A stretch of 64,000 nt of DNA, from contig SMSO01000036.1 of the NCBI GenBank assembly GCA_004764695.1, forward strand, positions 1,426,001 to 1,490,000, given 5' to 3'. The DNA is from Schizochytrium sp. TIO01. Taxonomy: Eukaryota; Protista; Bigyra: Labyrinthulomycetes. The notes under the pieces are model-generated. The model ran no database searches, had not been told where the DNA came from, and worked only from the letters and a program-made list of their open reading frames with translations. Position 1 is the first letter of the stretch. Each line of letters begins with the position of its first letter. This document shows positions 35,830 through 48,170 of the stretch, piece after piece. A program made the translations under genes and the position numbers.

Positions 35830-37300
35830 GGCAGTGAAACAAATACTTCGCGGGTTCAGCCCGCCGAGCAGGCTGTGAGGAAACCCCTCTCATGTCCAGA
35901 GAAGGTCTCTGGCCACGCCACCAGGAGGACCTTGGTCGTCTCCATCGCAACGTAGATGCGTGCGAGCAATTGAAGATCAAGATCCCCATACGTTGCATAA
36001 ACAAATGAATGAATGATTAAATAAATGAATAAACAACATGAATGAACAAATGAATAAACAACATGAATAAACAACATGAATGAACGAATAAATAAATAAT
36101 TAAATAAATAAAACATTGTACTTGCAAAACAAAATTGTTAGTTTTGCTTGTTCATTCATTTATTTATTCACGCGTTTGTTTGTTTATTTCTAACAAACAA
36201 ACAGCTTGAGAATCATAGTCATAGCCTCGAACATGAAACGAACCATTAAAAACATTGATGTGGAAACAAACAGTGAACGTGAATCCTGGGTCTCCTCACC
36301 TTCATAAGCGACCTGCACAAGAGAATGCAATGCAATGCAATGCAATGCAATGCAATATGCAATACATCACAACATAATACAATCAAGTGAAGTGAAATGA
36401 AGGAGCCTAAAGTACATAAATGAATGAATCAATCAATAAATAAGTTTATAAGTTTATAAGTTTATAAGTTTATGAAGTTGTTAAAAACAAAATGAATCAA
36501 ACAACCCGAAAGCAAACTGAAAGCGTCCGGGCGTCCGCACACTCGCCAAATGGCGCTTTGACCAGCACCACACCATCGCCTTCTTGATTCTTTCCTTCCT
36601 TGCTTGCTTGCTCTGAGCTGTACGCAGCACACGCTCATACCTTCTTCGCATCAGTATCTAATACTTCTTCCTCTCGAGCATCTATCCATCCATCCATCCT
36701 GCGGCTGTGAAAATGCGAGAACTGGCGCCAAGAGATAGAGAGATTGATAGATAGATAGATCCCTTGAACGCATGCATGCATGCACGTACTCTCAACCAAA
36801 AACGCAGACACGGGCTATCTCCAGAACCGTGCAACGAAGTGCTTTCCGGCCAAGAGAGCCTCGAAGATCATCGCATCGCATCGCATCGCATCGCATCGCA
36901 TTGCATCGCATTGCATTGCATTGCATTGCATAAACATACACATACGAAGACAGAGGAACCGCGTTAAATATGTGCGCACACGTGCAAAACAACATGGGCA
37001 CTCCGCACGATCGCAGAGGCCTCGACTGACCGCTTCGCAAGCGTACCGACAGCGACAGCGAGGGCGAGAGCGAGGCCTGCTGGCAGGCCGAAGAGGGTCT
37101 GCGCAGGCTGGCTTGTCGAAAGAAGCGGCGCTGTTCATGGCGCAGTCAACATGGCGGGCGAGCAAGTGCTGGCGGCCTCGATGCACGCGTGCCGACGCGT
37201 GCCAGTTGGGCTAGCTGCCAGGCGCCGAGGAGCGGGCTGCTGGATGGCAGCGGCTGGCAGCGGCCTCGTGCGGACCGGTCCTGGTTGGCCTGGTCCACGG
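35830..37300 (-). mobile_element. Fossil LINE RT/thumb interrupted by microsatellites
   Basis: MLFCTCAHIFNAVP (~36955-36995; cf. FxDxxxAFDxVP), EALLAGKHFVAR, VQG[SSR]LLAPVL (~36717-36769; cf. VPQGSxLAPxL), LLARIYVAMETTKVL (~35928-35972; cf. LxxIYxAxIRxKL). Confidence 0.55.
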
Positions 37301-37440
37301 ACGATCGAGCGAGCGGTGGTCGGGCGGAGGAGCGCTTGCGGCAGCGAGGATCCCTGCGCTGATGACGCAGAGTTCTCTTTTCAAGAAAGAGATTCCCACT
37401 CTAAGAAGAAAGAAGTAGTCGCAGTAGGAGTCACTAATGC

Positions 37441-37560
37441 TCTATTTATTTAATTTATTATATTTATTATATTTATTATATTTATTTATATTTATTATAT
37501 TTATTATATTTATTTATATTTATTATATTTATTTATATTTATATTTAATTAATAATTTAA
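37441..37560. repeat. AT-only low-complexity tract, (TTTATTATA)n-like
   Basis: Seen directly. Confidence 0.9.
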
Positions 37561-37799
37561 AATGTAAATGTAAAGTTAACTCTGAAGGGGATACTCTCTT
37601 CCTCCGTCTTTCTTTCTCTCTCGTTTTCATTCGTTTTCATTTGTTTGTTTATTTATATGATGCCTAACCTAAAGTTTACTTTTTACTTTTTACTATTACA
37701 TAATATATATATATATGTTTAATTTAATTAGAATAAATAAACAATTGATTAATTAAAAAGTTTATTTTAAAAAAAGGATCCAGCACTACGCTTTGAAAG

Positions 37800-39830
37800 A
37801 TAGGAGAAGAGAGCAAAGTGCCTTTCGCTCCTTTTCGATGGAAGGGAATCATTCAACTTTCACGGCATTCCACCACTCCCAATGCCTTCAAGAAGGGGCG
37901 AACCAGGTATTGGTGATTGCTGGTAGCGATGCAAATGTGCACGGTATGGACACTTTACGGGCCTCTCGAACTCGCCCGAGAACCATACGATCCGTGGTTA
38001 TCAAAAAAAACGATTGTTTATATTTTAAGAAATTGGTCCCTTTCGATGGACAAGGACAAGCGTGCCAATCGGGTATTGTGGTTGGCAAAAGTGAGATCCT
38101 CCTGCACCTCGATCATTTTCTTAAGATACCATAACTTATGCAGTAGCCCACGCCGCGTTGATATTTCGAACTGCAGAAACCCTTCGTATCTAGCCTACAA
38201 AATTTGCAAAACTTGCATTTCCTATGGTGACGTGGGGCGCTAGTTGCTAGGAGCTAGCTACTGTATAGCACTCTATCTACCGAAATTACTAAAGATGCCC
38301 TAAATCTCTGATCAGGATAAATCGGTCTACAGTGACCTGAGACCATGCAGTACACACCGTTGTTCAATGCCTTTTCAAGGTATGAAGGCAGAGACATCAA
38401 TGGAGAAGAATAAGGAGGTGGACAAAGCCAGAATCATCGCTGCTGCTGCTACTGCCGCTGCTCAGTTTGATAGAAGCTAGGGACCAATGAACGGATATCT
38501 GGAGGTCCATCCGTCCCCCGGCAGTTGAAACCACGAGCTGCTCAGTGCTCAGGCAAGCGGCACCGGTGCCGGAGAAGAAAGAAGCGGCTGCAGCAAAGAA
38601 GGAAAGAAGGAAGGAAATGAAGTGAAAGACCGCGCGACCGAAAAAAGAGAGAAGAAGAGAGAAAGAAAAATTAAAATTAAAATCAAAATCAAAATTATAA
38701 TTATAATTAAAATCTCAGAGAGAGAGAGAGAGAGAGAGAGCGGTTGGAACTAGGTCGCAAGCGACCGCGCGCACCCCTTACGCGCCCTTTGTACGGAGCG
38801 GGAATGCAGAAGTAGTGAGATAGGTCTCCATTTGCTTTGCTTTCATTGGGATATGTGTCGCGAAGAGATCGAATCAGCATGTGCTCGAGTGGAGGCGATG
38901 GCTGAAGGTGCGATGGACTGACTTCACGAGTGATCGATTGCCAACGTTTGGACGGATGGATGGACGAACGGCTGGCTGGCTGGCCACGAAACACAAATTG
39001 ACCGTGTGCCAGTCAGTCAGTCAGTCATAATCCATAAATTCACGATGCACGGCTCTGGCAATGGGCTTTCTTCAGACCAACTGGCTCTGGAAGTGGGCGG
39101 CCTTGGACTTGGAGACCTTGAGGGCGTTGGAGAAAGAACGTTTTCAAATAACTGGGCAGTCTGGCGTGCGTGAATTTAGGTCGATCACAGACTGATTCGC
39201 GATTGATGAGCCGGCACGTGCAGCGTTTGGAAAGGGAAACAACGAATATGTTGAAGAAGCTGCCTGCACTGCATCTCGAGGCGGTGGAAATCTCGACGCC
39301 TGAGGCATGAACAACAAGCAAACGGTGTGCACGGAGATGATGAAATTAGGTTGAGACAAAACTAACTCGTGATGGTCGAAGCGTCTTGACGAGTTTGTTT
39401 GTTTGCTTGTGATGACGCGCAGAGTTTCGAACTACGATGTTTGGAGAAAAGCTGGACCGGAGTTCAACAAAGACCGCTGTGCTGCACCAGGAAGGAACAT
39501 GGTCTTTGGAATGCAATCAGCAGAAACGCAAAGCAAGTAAACGTGTTGTCAATCTCGCGACGAGTGCTCCACAAACCTAAATTGGTGCTCAGGACTAAGA
39601 CGTAACCTGGCTGCTGCTGCAAAGCTATACCTGTCCTGCCTGGCCGCGTGAATATGTAAAGACTGCCGGTGCAGGAGATTCATGTCGGACCTCTGAACAC
39701 GAGAAACCTGGACAAACTTGAAGAAGTGGAGGCCGAGAACTCTGCTCAGTGAGAATGTCCGGGTTTCAAGACGAAGAAGAGGGCATCATTCTTTCACCAG
39801 CACCACAACTTCGTTTCACATTCATTTCTA
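37800..39830 (+). mobile_element. Fossil LINE ORF2 (APE endonuclease + RT)
   Basis: VIAGSDANVH (37913-37942; cf. GDFNAH), LHLDHFL, EEIESACARVE..AEG/DGLTSRVI (~38862; cf. EEIxxA....APGPDG), GQSGVREFRSITD (39154-39192; cf. QxGFRxxRSTxD), TGVQQRPL (~39456). Confidence 0.6.
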
Positions 39831-39835
39831 TGCAT

Positions 39836-39918
39836 ATTATTATTATTACTATTATTATTATTATTATTATTACTGTTTTGTTTTGTTTTGTTTTGTTTGT
39901 TTGTTTGTTTGTTTGTTT
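39836..39918. repeat. Compound microsatellite (TAT)n(GTTTT)n(GTTT)n
   Basis: Seen directly. Confidence 0.95.
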
Positions 39919-40173
39919 TTATTCAAGAAACAAACTAAAATCTCTGTTCCGACTCGGAGTTTCGAAAACAGAGACCCTAATGAACTACTATAAAAAGGGT
40001 TAGTTGGACAAATAAAATAGTTTTGATTTTATTATTACAATGATTAAATAATGTGATGTTATTGATTTTATAAGCATTTTATCTTTACAATTTTATTTCT
40101 TTTAATTTTCATAAATAATAATCATGATTATAATGGTCTTTAATGATCAAGGTTCAGAAAAATAGATAAAGAC

Positions 40174-40174
<1 letters not shown>

Positions 40175-40252
<78 letters not shown>
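40175..40252. repeat. (GAAA)n microsatellite
   Basis: Seen directly. Confidence 0.97.
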
Positions 40253-41357
40253 AGAATTGAATTTAATGTCCAATGCCAGATTAACCAGAGCTCGAAAGTT
40301 GACTCAGAGCAAGCAATTGCGTTCATTCGTTGGTTAATCGCACCCAATTGATCTTGCACGTGCAACGCGAGGTCGCAGACGGGATTGTCCGGCTGGTCAG
40401 CTAAACAGCACTGGAAGAGGGTCACCGAGAGAGGATCTCACGAGTTCCCTCTTTCTGTCATCTTGTCTTTCTCTGTTTCCTTGTTTCTTTGTTTCCTTCA
40501 TTCTTTCGTTGGGGCGCTGTTTACAACGAAGGTGCAAACGTCAAGAACGGCGACAGCAACGCGGCAAGACAGGCTGCAACTCAGCTCGCTCTGACGAATC
40601 TGGTCTCCATAAGGCCTTCGCTGTCGTCAGGGCGAGCAGATACTACGAAAACCTGGGTCTGGTTTATTGAAAGAGCGAGGTGGAGTGGCCAAGTCATAAA
40701 TAGCATTGCTTAAGGGAAAAGCTAGGAGCTCTACCGCTCTAACACCTGCGAGACCTTCATTGTTGGGCGCTGACAAAGGTCCCGGGAGGCCAATCTGGCC
40801 CAGAGGAGCTCGAAATACGCCCGGAGGCGTACAGACGCACATCCCAAACGCAGCTGGGGTCGAGGACGAATTGCTCACACGCAGAAATCAGAGTACAAGC
40901 TTAAAAGACGGTCCTGGAATTCGGGTAGTCAGCCTCCAGAGGCTATTTTGGACAGCAACGATAATTACGAAGAACTTCTACGTGGGCCGTGCGATACGCT
41001 CGATCGACCGTGCTTTAGAAACATCCTGCTGGTTTGTTGAAGTATATGATAAATTGGAATACCAATCAATTCGATCGGAAGCATTGAAGCCATCTCATAA
41101 TCATATTGCTCGTGCATTTTTGCGACGCCCGAAGAGGACCTTCCTTACCTTGAACGGACAGACCTTCCGTGGTAAACTACTGTTGCACTGAAGTTTCCCC
41201 AAACCGATTTAGCAGTCAACGAGCAAGTTTAACCGCAGGATCACCAAATTCGCGAGGGAAGAACAAAAATCTGAAGCAATACCACCAAAGCAGCCGGGGA
41301 AGTGACTTCGTTTCATCTGATAAAATCGCGAGCCTCCCTCGAGAGTGCCCTCGTGCG

Positions 41358-43294
41358 ATGCCGTTCATCCAGCCTGTAGCTACAACTCGCAACCAGGCGA
41401 GATACAAAACAATCGATGTCTCTGAGGACTTCGTGCTCCAGCAGCACCGCTACAGCCTGCGAAAAAGCAAGCACCCTTACTGGGTGCGCATTATCACTAG
41501 AGCAACTAAACCACGATTCAAAGTTGCCCAGGCCTGGTCCGAGGAGAAGATACGAGCTCGCGAATGGAAATACATCACAGAAGATTTAACTCTACCTGCT
41601 GGACTGCAGGACCTCCAGCCTGGACATGAGACACGCACAACATGGTTGCTTTCAAGACTAGTACAAGTCATGCGGCAGATTGGAGACGATAAAGCAGAAA
41701 ATATAGACTATTGCGATGAGGAGTACGACGATGACATAGATGCAGAGTACGATGGCTGCGAGCAGAGTGATGATTTTTCCTTGATGAAGAAGAGTCAAAG
41801 AATGACCCTCTTCTCCGCCGCAGAAGTCTAGGCTCAGAAGATTCCGATCTCTTCAGTAATACTACACGCGAAAGCATTGGAGACATTAGTCGCGAGGACG
41901 CGTGCTATTTCCCTGAAGCTTCAACCCTAATAAATCCTGGCCCGCGAAGCTCGTCGTCAACAACCCTGACAGATGTGGGTGATTGTCAAGGTGGTCTCCC
42001 TCCACCCCCACGTACTTTCAACAAAGGTCCCCGTCTTGGTAGTATAGTCCGGCGGCGCCTGAGTGCAGTTCGAACTCGTCAAAGCGAGGTCCCTTCTATA
42101 TCATCAACCTCGACCTCTTCAGTAATAGATGACCTGTTGGGAGCAGGGTCATCACATGCACTCGGTGAATCTTCGCCAACCTCTTACGATGATGGGGATA
42201 GACTCCCAGATGCACCCCGTATCGAAAGGGAAGTGGAACTAGAGAGTCCTTCACTTGCTGATCACTTTTCTGATTTTGAAGGCGATAAATCTGACGAGGA
42301 GCCTCCACAAGGGACTAAGATTATTCCGCTTGACAGAGATTGTGCTATAACGACAATCACCGCAGCCACAACCTCCGCAATAGTACTTGAGCCTGAAGTG
42401 CCTAATGCTGGGAAAATGGAAGCCCATAATTTAGTTCGACAGCGAACATCTAACTCTCGAACAAAAAGCAGTGTTGCGAGTCTATCATCTCGAGTTAGTA
42501 GCACCTCAGGTGCGAAAATCAAGATTCCCGGCGGGGCCTTGCTTAGTACGTTGGAGGGAAACTTACCCTCGTATCTGACAATACCGCAAGAGCCTGAAGA
42601 GTCTACAGAAGCTCGAGGCAGGGATAAACGGGAAGCTGTTACAATGGAGCGCCTTAAACGAGAACATGAACATCGATTGAAGGTAGCTGGCTGTATTCTA
42701 GCTTCCCTAGTGTTGCTCATATTCCGTGCTGCTTCGTTTGATGCGTTTATCGTTTTATTAATTCTTTTCAACATTGGTGTTTGCTACGTGATCCAACATC
42801 GCCACGACCTTATGAAAAGAGTTGCCAAGAGCTCAATCAAGCGTCGCGTTAAATTCACCAAACAAATTTGGGGTGCAAGGTTAGGTGTGAGTGGTGATAA
42901 AAAGGCAAAACAGACACCCGCTCCGTCACCTGCCGGCCCAAGCACAAATTCCTCAGCTATACTGAGCCTCAACTCAACTGTTTCGGCAGCAACAGCCCCC
43001 TCCTCTGGATTGTTTGTACCCCAGGCCAACCGCAGTGCTTCTGTGACTGAGTCCCCAACCTCGCCCAAATGTATGCCGCCTCGATCTAACTCTCAGCCTC
43101 CTCTTTCTTCAGTGATGTCATTCTTTTCAGAATCTCCCAAACATGGCCAAAACAAAACTGTTAAAGCTAGCGCTGGGTCTTCTTCTTCACCCAAACATAG
43201 CCAGGGAAGACCACGAACTGCATCTGCCATATTCGGCAAGCCTTTTCATCTCACAATCGCTGGTGCTACACAAGGGTCCTCCAGCAAATCTTGA
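41358..43294 (+). CDS. Single membrane-protein gene split by a 1-nt frameshift (TBC1D8/9 N-terminal-like domain, disordered linker, two TM helices)
   Basis: The frame of ORF 41975-43294 is stop-free back to ~41774. One extra T in the T5 run at 41774-41778 fuses it to the MPFIQP... ORF (reading DDFFLDEEESKNDPLL). Hydrophobic pair VAGCILASLVLLIF / AFIVLLILFNIGVCYVI. Confidence 0.7.
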
Positions 43295-43660
43295 CCTGGA
43301 TTGTTCCCTCTCTCTCCAAATGTCTAGCCTTTGATGTATCATTTGACGGCCTGGTCCAGTTAGACTTGTTTGTCTCTTCATAGCGAATATGAACTCTATA
43401 TCGAACATGGTAACCCTCATTCGGATGAACTAGAATTGATTTCTTTGAAATTCATCACACCATTGTAGTAGATCCCCTATAATATGTAGCTTTAGTCTTT
43501 TAGCTTTAGTCTTTTTTTATCTTTATTTCTAGTTCGTAGAGGATCTCCCAAGTTTAAACATACAACCAACAACAACAGAGTGACGTGAAGAATGAAAAGA
43601 GCGACTGTAAGGCGAACCAAGCAAGTAAAGCAACCAAAATGAGGAGTGAATTTCAATATT

Positions 43661-45097
43661 TTACAGCCTACTTTGTGCTTGTTTATGGTGTTCAATAAAT
43701 GCAGCAACAGCAAGACCCATCGAAACTGTACGTGGAGAAGGTAGATACCCAAAGGCGTGGTCAGCACCATCCAGTTGTACAAAAACATCATTTACAGGAC
43801 TCTTCGTAGCTTTGCGTACGGTCTGCAACCGCTCAAAAAAGGTGCGACTATCATCGAATGCTGCTAAAGCATCCTTGGTACCATGAATGACGAGAAACGG
43901 GCACAGCTTATCAAGCTTATCCTGTTGCTTAAGTACCACATGAGAAGGGGAAGCGGCCTCGAAGTCGTGTTGGTTCTCACTGAGGATTTTGTCGAACACA
44001 AATCTCTCCCATAAACGCACCACGCCAGCCTTTTCTTCTTCAAGAAGATTTTGGTTACGAGCGTGATGGCCATCGCTATCAACAATATCATGCACGCCAT
44101 ATAAGTCGATTGCACCAACCACTGATGTATCCTCGTCTCCAGTAAACTCGGGAGGATCGTAGTCGCGATTGTTAGCCGTTAATGCCATCAAACTAGTCAG
44201 GTGGCCTCCTGCGGATTCCCCGGCGACAAAGCACTTACTAGGGTCTGCGCCGTAAGCTACTGCATTGCGCTTTACCCAGGCTAAAGCACGCTTACAGTCG
44301 TGAATTTGTTTGGGGAATCTTGATTCTGGCGCCAGCCGATAGTTAATTGTAAACACTACAATGTCATGCTCTGCAGCGATGTATTCTAGGAATGCTCGAG
44401 CGGAAAATTGCCGGTCTCCCATTAGCCAAGCTCCTCCATGAATGTACATTAGACAAGGTGCCCCTGGTTGCAGACCTGGGCGACGTAAAACGTCTAAGGA
44501 CATCCATCGGGAAATGCGCCCGCGACTGAGTACTTTAAGGTTCAATTCTTTCACAACTTTAGGCAGACGGCCCTCCCACGCAACAAGTTCAGGGTCAAGA
44601 TTTTCAAGAGATGCGTACTCAACTGTTTCCGAAGTAATGTCTTTGCCGCCAGGAAAGCTAAGCACCGGAAACATCAGAGCTGCAAGCATCGGGACGAGAG
44701 GGTTTTGCATGTTGGTGATGCCTGCCTTTTCCAGAGCTTGCTGAAAGGCTGGGCCACTCTGCAAAGATATACGAATACGCTTGAGATGAAGGCCAATGCC
44801 AAAAACATTCATAAGAAGAAGTACTTTGCCCAGAAGCCTCTGACGAACTCGCGGATTTGTCCAAGCTAGCAGACCTATGATCCCAGCTTGCCCAACTGTG
44901 ACGACCTGAGCCAGTTCTGGCAGAAACATGCGTGGCAAAATCATGTTTTCGGAAAGAACTTCCCATACCAGCGAAGTTACGCCAACACCTGCGTATGCAT
45001 TGAGCGTTAGCACATCTTGCCAAAAGTCCTTGCGCTGCAACAGCCTCCAAAGTAAACCCTGCCAAGGCTCTTGGACTTCGTTACCATTCGAACCCAT
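43661..45097 (-). CDS. HSL-family alpha/beta hydrolase (esterase/lipase) with N-terminal TM segments and PTS1
   Basis: HGGAW oxyanion motif, GESAGG nucleophile, HGTKD and ADHAF; ends -SRL*; start likely 45097 or 45115. Confidence 0.92.
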   Translation of the reverse strand: MGSNGNEVQEPWQGLLWRLLQRKDFWQDVLTLNAYAGVGVTSLVWEVLSENMILPRMFLPELAQVVTVGQAGIIGLLAWTNPRVRQRLLGKVLLLMNVFGIGLHLKRIRISLQSGPAFQQALEKAGITNMQNPLVPMLAALMFPVLSFPGGKDITSETVEYASLENLDPELVAWEGRLPKVVKELNLKVLSRGRISRWMSLDVLRRPGLQPGAPCLMYIHGGAWLMGDRQFSARAFLEYIAAEHDIVVFTINYRLAPESRFPKQIHDCKRALAWVKRNAVAYGADPSKCFVAGESAGGHLTSLMALTANNRDYDPPEFTGDEDTSVVGAIDLYGVHDIVDSDGHHARNQNLLEEEKAGVVRLWERFVFDKILSENQHDFEAASPSHVVLKQQDKLDKLCPFLVIHGTKDALAAFDDSRTFFERLQTVRKATKSPVNDVFVQLDGADHAFGYLPSPRTVSMGLAVAAFIEHHKQAQSRL

Positions 45098-46429
45098 TTT
45101 CGCACAACTAGTCATCTGTCTGATGCTCAAATAATCAAGGCGACTTTTTCCACGCGACCTGTGAGAGATCAACTTCAGTAGTTCAACCTGAAGACTGGGC
45201 GAACAACAAACCAAAGACAACTACACAACGATCCCTTGCAGGATTGATTCCTCTGCTGTGGCTTTCAATTCTTAGAGGTAGGTAGGTAGGTAAAGAAGCT
45301 CTTTCTTTAGTTGTCGTGATTGCGCGATTGACCCTAAACAGGTGACGGGTAAGTAAAAATAAGCATGAGATAAAAAGAAATAAGAGTGATACTCGGGTGG
45401 GGGGGGCCCACAATCTGAAGTGCGCGTTTTTGTTTCAAATACAAGTTTCAGAAGAAGTAATTGTATAGAAGCGGAAGTAGGAGGTCTTAGACAAACTCGA
45501 CAGTCTAAGAAAAAGTAGAAAGTCTTTGTTATTGCATTTAAGTAGCTAAATATCTGGTGAGCTTGGCATCTAGGAATCGACGGGTTCACCTGGCGGTGCG
45601 ACCTGAACGAGAATAGACGAGGCGGAGTCATCACTCTCTTGAAGCTGGAAAGGCCAGTAAAAGCACAGTTCTGTATGGCATAGGTTCGGTGACTCGCCAA
45701 CATTCTGAAAGCGGCTCTTTAACATAAAGAGTTCTTACGTTGGGTATGACGTGAGAGTACGAAATGGGCGAAGGGAACTTATCTGGATATGCTGCCTGAA
45801 GTATGAAAGTCGCGACGCCGAATCTTGTTTCCATGTCCTGTCTGATGTGAGGGGATGAGTTCTCCTTGAAGGAGTGAATTCTGTCCAAGGCACGAGCTTG
45901 ACATCTGGTGACGTCAAGAATGGTCCAAAGCTCGGTACTTACGATGGGCGATTCGTAGGGATTTTCGATGTATCGCAGGAGGTCACTATTGGTAAGTACA
46001 ATAACTGTGTGAAAAAGAAGAGGTTGGTGATGTAAAGTATAAGTTGGTTTCCTTTTTGCTTGGTATCCAGAGTTTCACAAAATGTGTTTCGTATTCGTAT
46101 AGGTCGAATTCTTTGCACGTTCGGGATGTTCGGTCGGAAGTGGCAGGTAATGTATAGGCCAGTTGGATAGTTGAGTTAGACTACATTCACGGAACGAACA
46201 AAATTGAATATTGAAATGAGAAATCAACAATCTTTCTTTTGAATGATACTGTAGCTGTGCATTGGGACTACATCGCTAATGTAAATGTTAGATTGTACTA
46301 GGGGACTGCCAAATTTTGAGCTCAAGAACAGAACGCCTAAATAGAGCTATTCCGTATTTCGAATGGAACAACAATGTGAAGAACAATGTGAGGATTCATG
46401 ATTTCTCGTAGTGAGTGTACTCCGTCAGT

Positions 46430-48170
46430 AGAATACATAAAGTCTTAGAAGAACATAAAGTTTGAGAAGAACAGTAGCAATGAGGTTAAGTAAAGGAAAA
46501 CAAAATTAGCTGTAAAACATAAGTTAAAGAAGAACAGTATTTAAGTAAAGCATAAAAAGTGTAATAAGAGCAGTGTTCAAGTAGAGCATAAATTTTGAGG
46601 AGCCAAGAATTTTCTTTTTTTATAAATAGCGTTCAAATTAAGAACAGTGAATAACACTAAGTAAAGAAATAAGATGAGGTTAAACATAAAGCTTGCGAAG
46701 AACATCAACTATAAAGTTAAGTGAAGGAATAAATCTAAGAAACATAAAAAATAAGAAGAACAGTAAAGCAATAGCATGCAAAAGAACAGTAGTAATACGT
46801 TATTAAGTAAAGCATAAAGTTTGAGAAGAACAGTATCGATAAACACTCAATGAAGAACAGCACTAATAATACTAAGTAAAGTAATAAGATAAGGTTAACA
46901 GTTTGAGAAGAACAGTATCAATAACACTAAGTAAAGAATAAAGTTTGAGAAGAACAGTATCAATATCACTAAGTAAAGAACAAAGTTTGAGAAGAACAGT
47001 ATCAATAACACTAAGTAAAGAACAAAGTTTGACAAGAACAGTTTGAGAAGAACAGTACTAATAACACTAAGTAAAGAATAAAGTTTGACAAGAACAGTAT
47101 CAATAACACTAAGTAAAGAATAAAGTTTGAGAAGAACAGTATCAATAACACTAACTAAAGAATAAAGTTTGAGAAGAACAGTATCAATAACACTAACTAA
47201 AGAATAAAGTTTGAGAAGAACAGTATCAATAACACTAAGTAAAGAATATAAAGTTTGAGAAGAACAGTATCAATAACACTAACTAAAGAATAAAGTTTGA
47301 GAAGAACAGTATCAATAACACTAACTAAAGAACAAAGTTTGACAAGAACAGTTTGAGAAGAACATTACTAATAACACTTAGGTAAAGCAATAAGATAAGG
47401 TTAAGCATAAAGTTTGAGATGAACAGTACTAATAACACTAAGTAAAGAATAAAGTTTGAGAAGAACAGTATCAATAACACTAAGTAAAGAATAAAGTTTG
47501 AGAAGAACAGTATCAATAACACTAAGTAAAGAATATAAAGTTTGAGAAGAACAGTATCAATAACACTAACTAAAGAATAAAGTTTGAGAAGAACAGTATC
47601 AATAACACTAACTAAAGAATAAAGTTTGACAAGAACAGTATCAATAACACTAAGTAAAGAATAAAGTTTGAGAAGAACATTACTAATAACACTTAGGTAA
47701 GCAATAAGATAAGGTTAAGCATAAAGTTTGAGAAGAACAGTACTAATAACACTAAGTAAAGAATAAAGTTTGACAAGAACAGTATCAATAACACTAAGTA
47801 AAGAATAAAGTTTGAGAAGAACAGTATCAATAACACTAACTAAAGAACAAAGTTTGACAAGAACAGTTTGAGAAGAACATTACTAATAACACTTAGGTAA
47901 AGCAATAAGATAAGGTTAAGCATAAAGTTTGAGATGAACAGTACTAATAACACTAAGTAAAGAATAAAGTTTGAGAAGAACAGTATCAATAACATTAACT
48001 AAAGAATAAAGTTTGACAAGAACAGTATCAGTAACACTAAGTAAAGAATAAAGTTTGACAAGAACAGTATCAATAAACACTCAAAGAAGAACAGTACTAA
48101 TAACACTAAGTAAAGCAATAAAGTAAGGTTAACGAAAGTAGTATTGAAGCGTTAAAGAGGAACAGTATGT
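46430..48170. repeat. 42-bp satellite array (AAGTTTGAGAAGAACAGTATCAATAACACTAAGTAAAGAATA) with diverged flanks
   Basis: Monomers at 46941, 46983 etc.; homogeneous core ~46900-48075 of roughly 25 units; degenerate monomers on both sides. Confidence 0.97.

Noticed and set aside
45276-45292. GTAGGTA as a promoter element (also at 28441, 31620, 33588, 53931, 61414)
   Set aside because: About a dozen copies seen, close to chance expectation for a 7-mer in 64 kb on both strands; distance and orientation to starts vary
47325-47522. Hydrophobic 14-aa repeat ORF (LLILFFSNFILYLV)
   Set aside because: Translation of the 42-bp satellite; the frame is broken by indel variants
46900-48075. CRISPR array
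   Set aside because: Units are contiguous with no unique spacers, there are no cas genes and the context is eukaryotic; it is a tandem satellite
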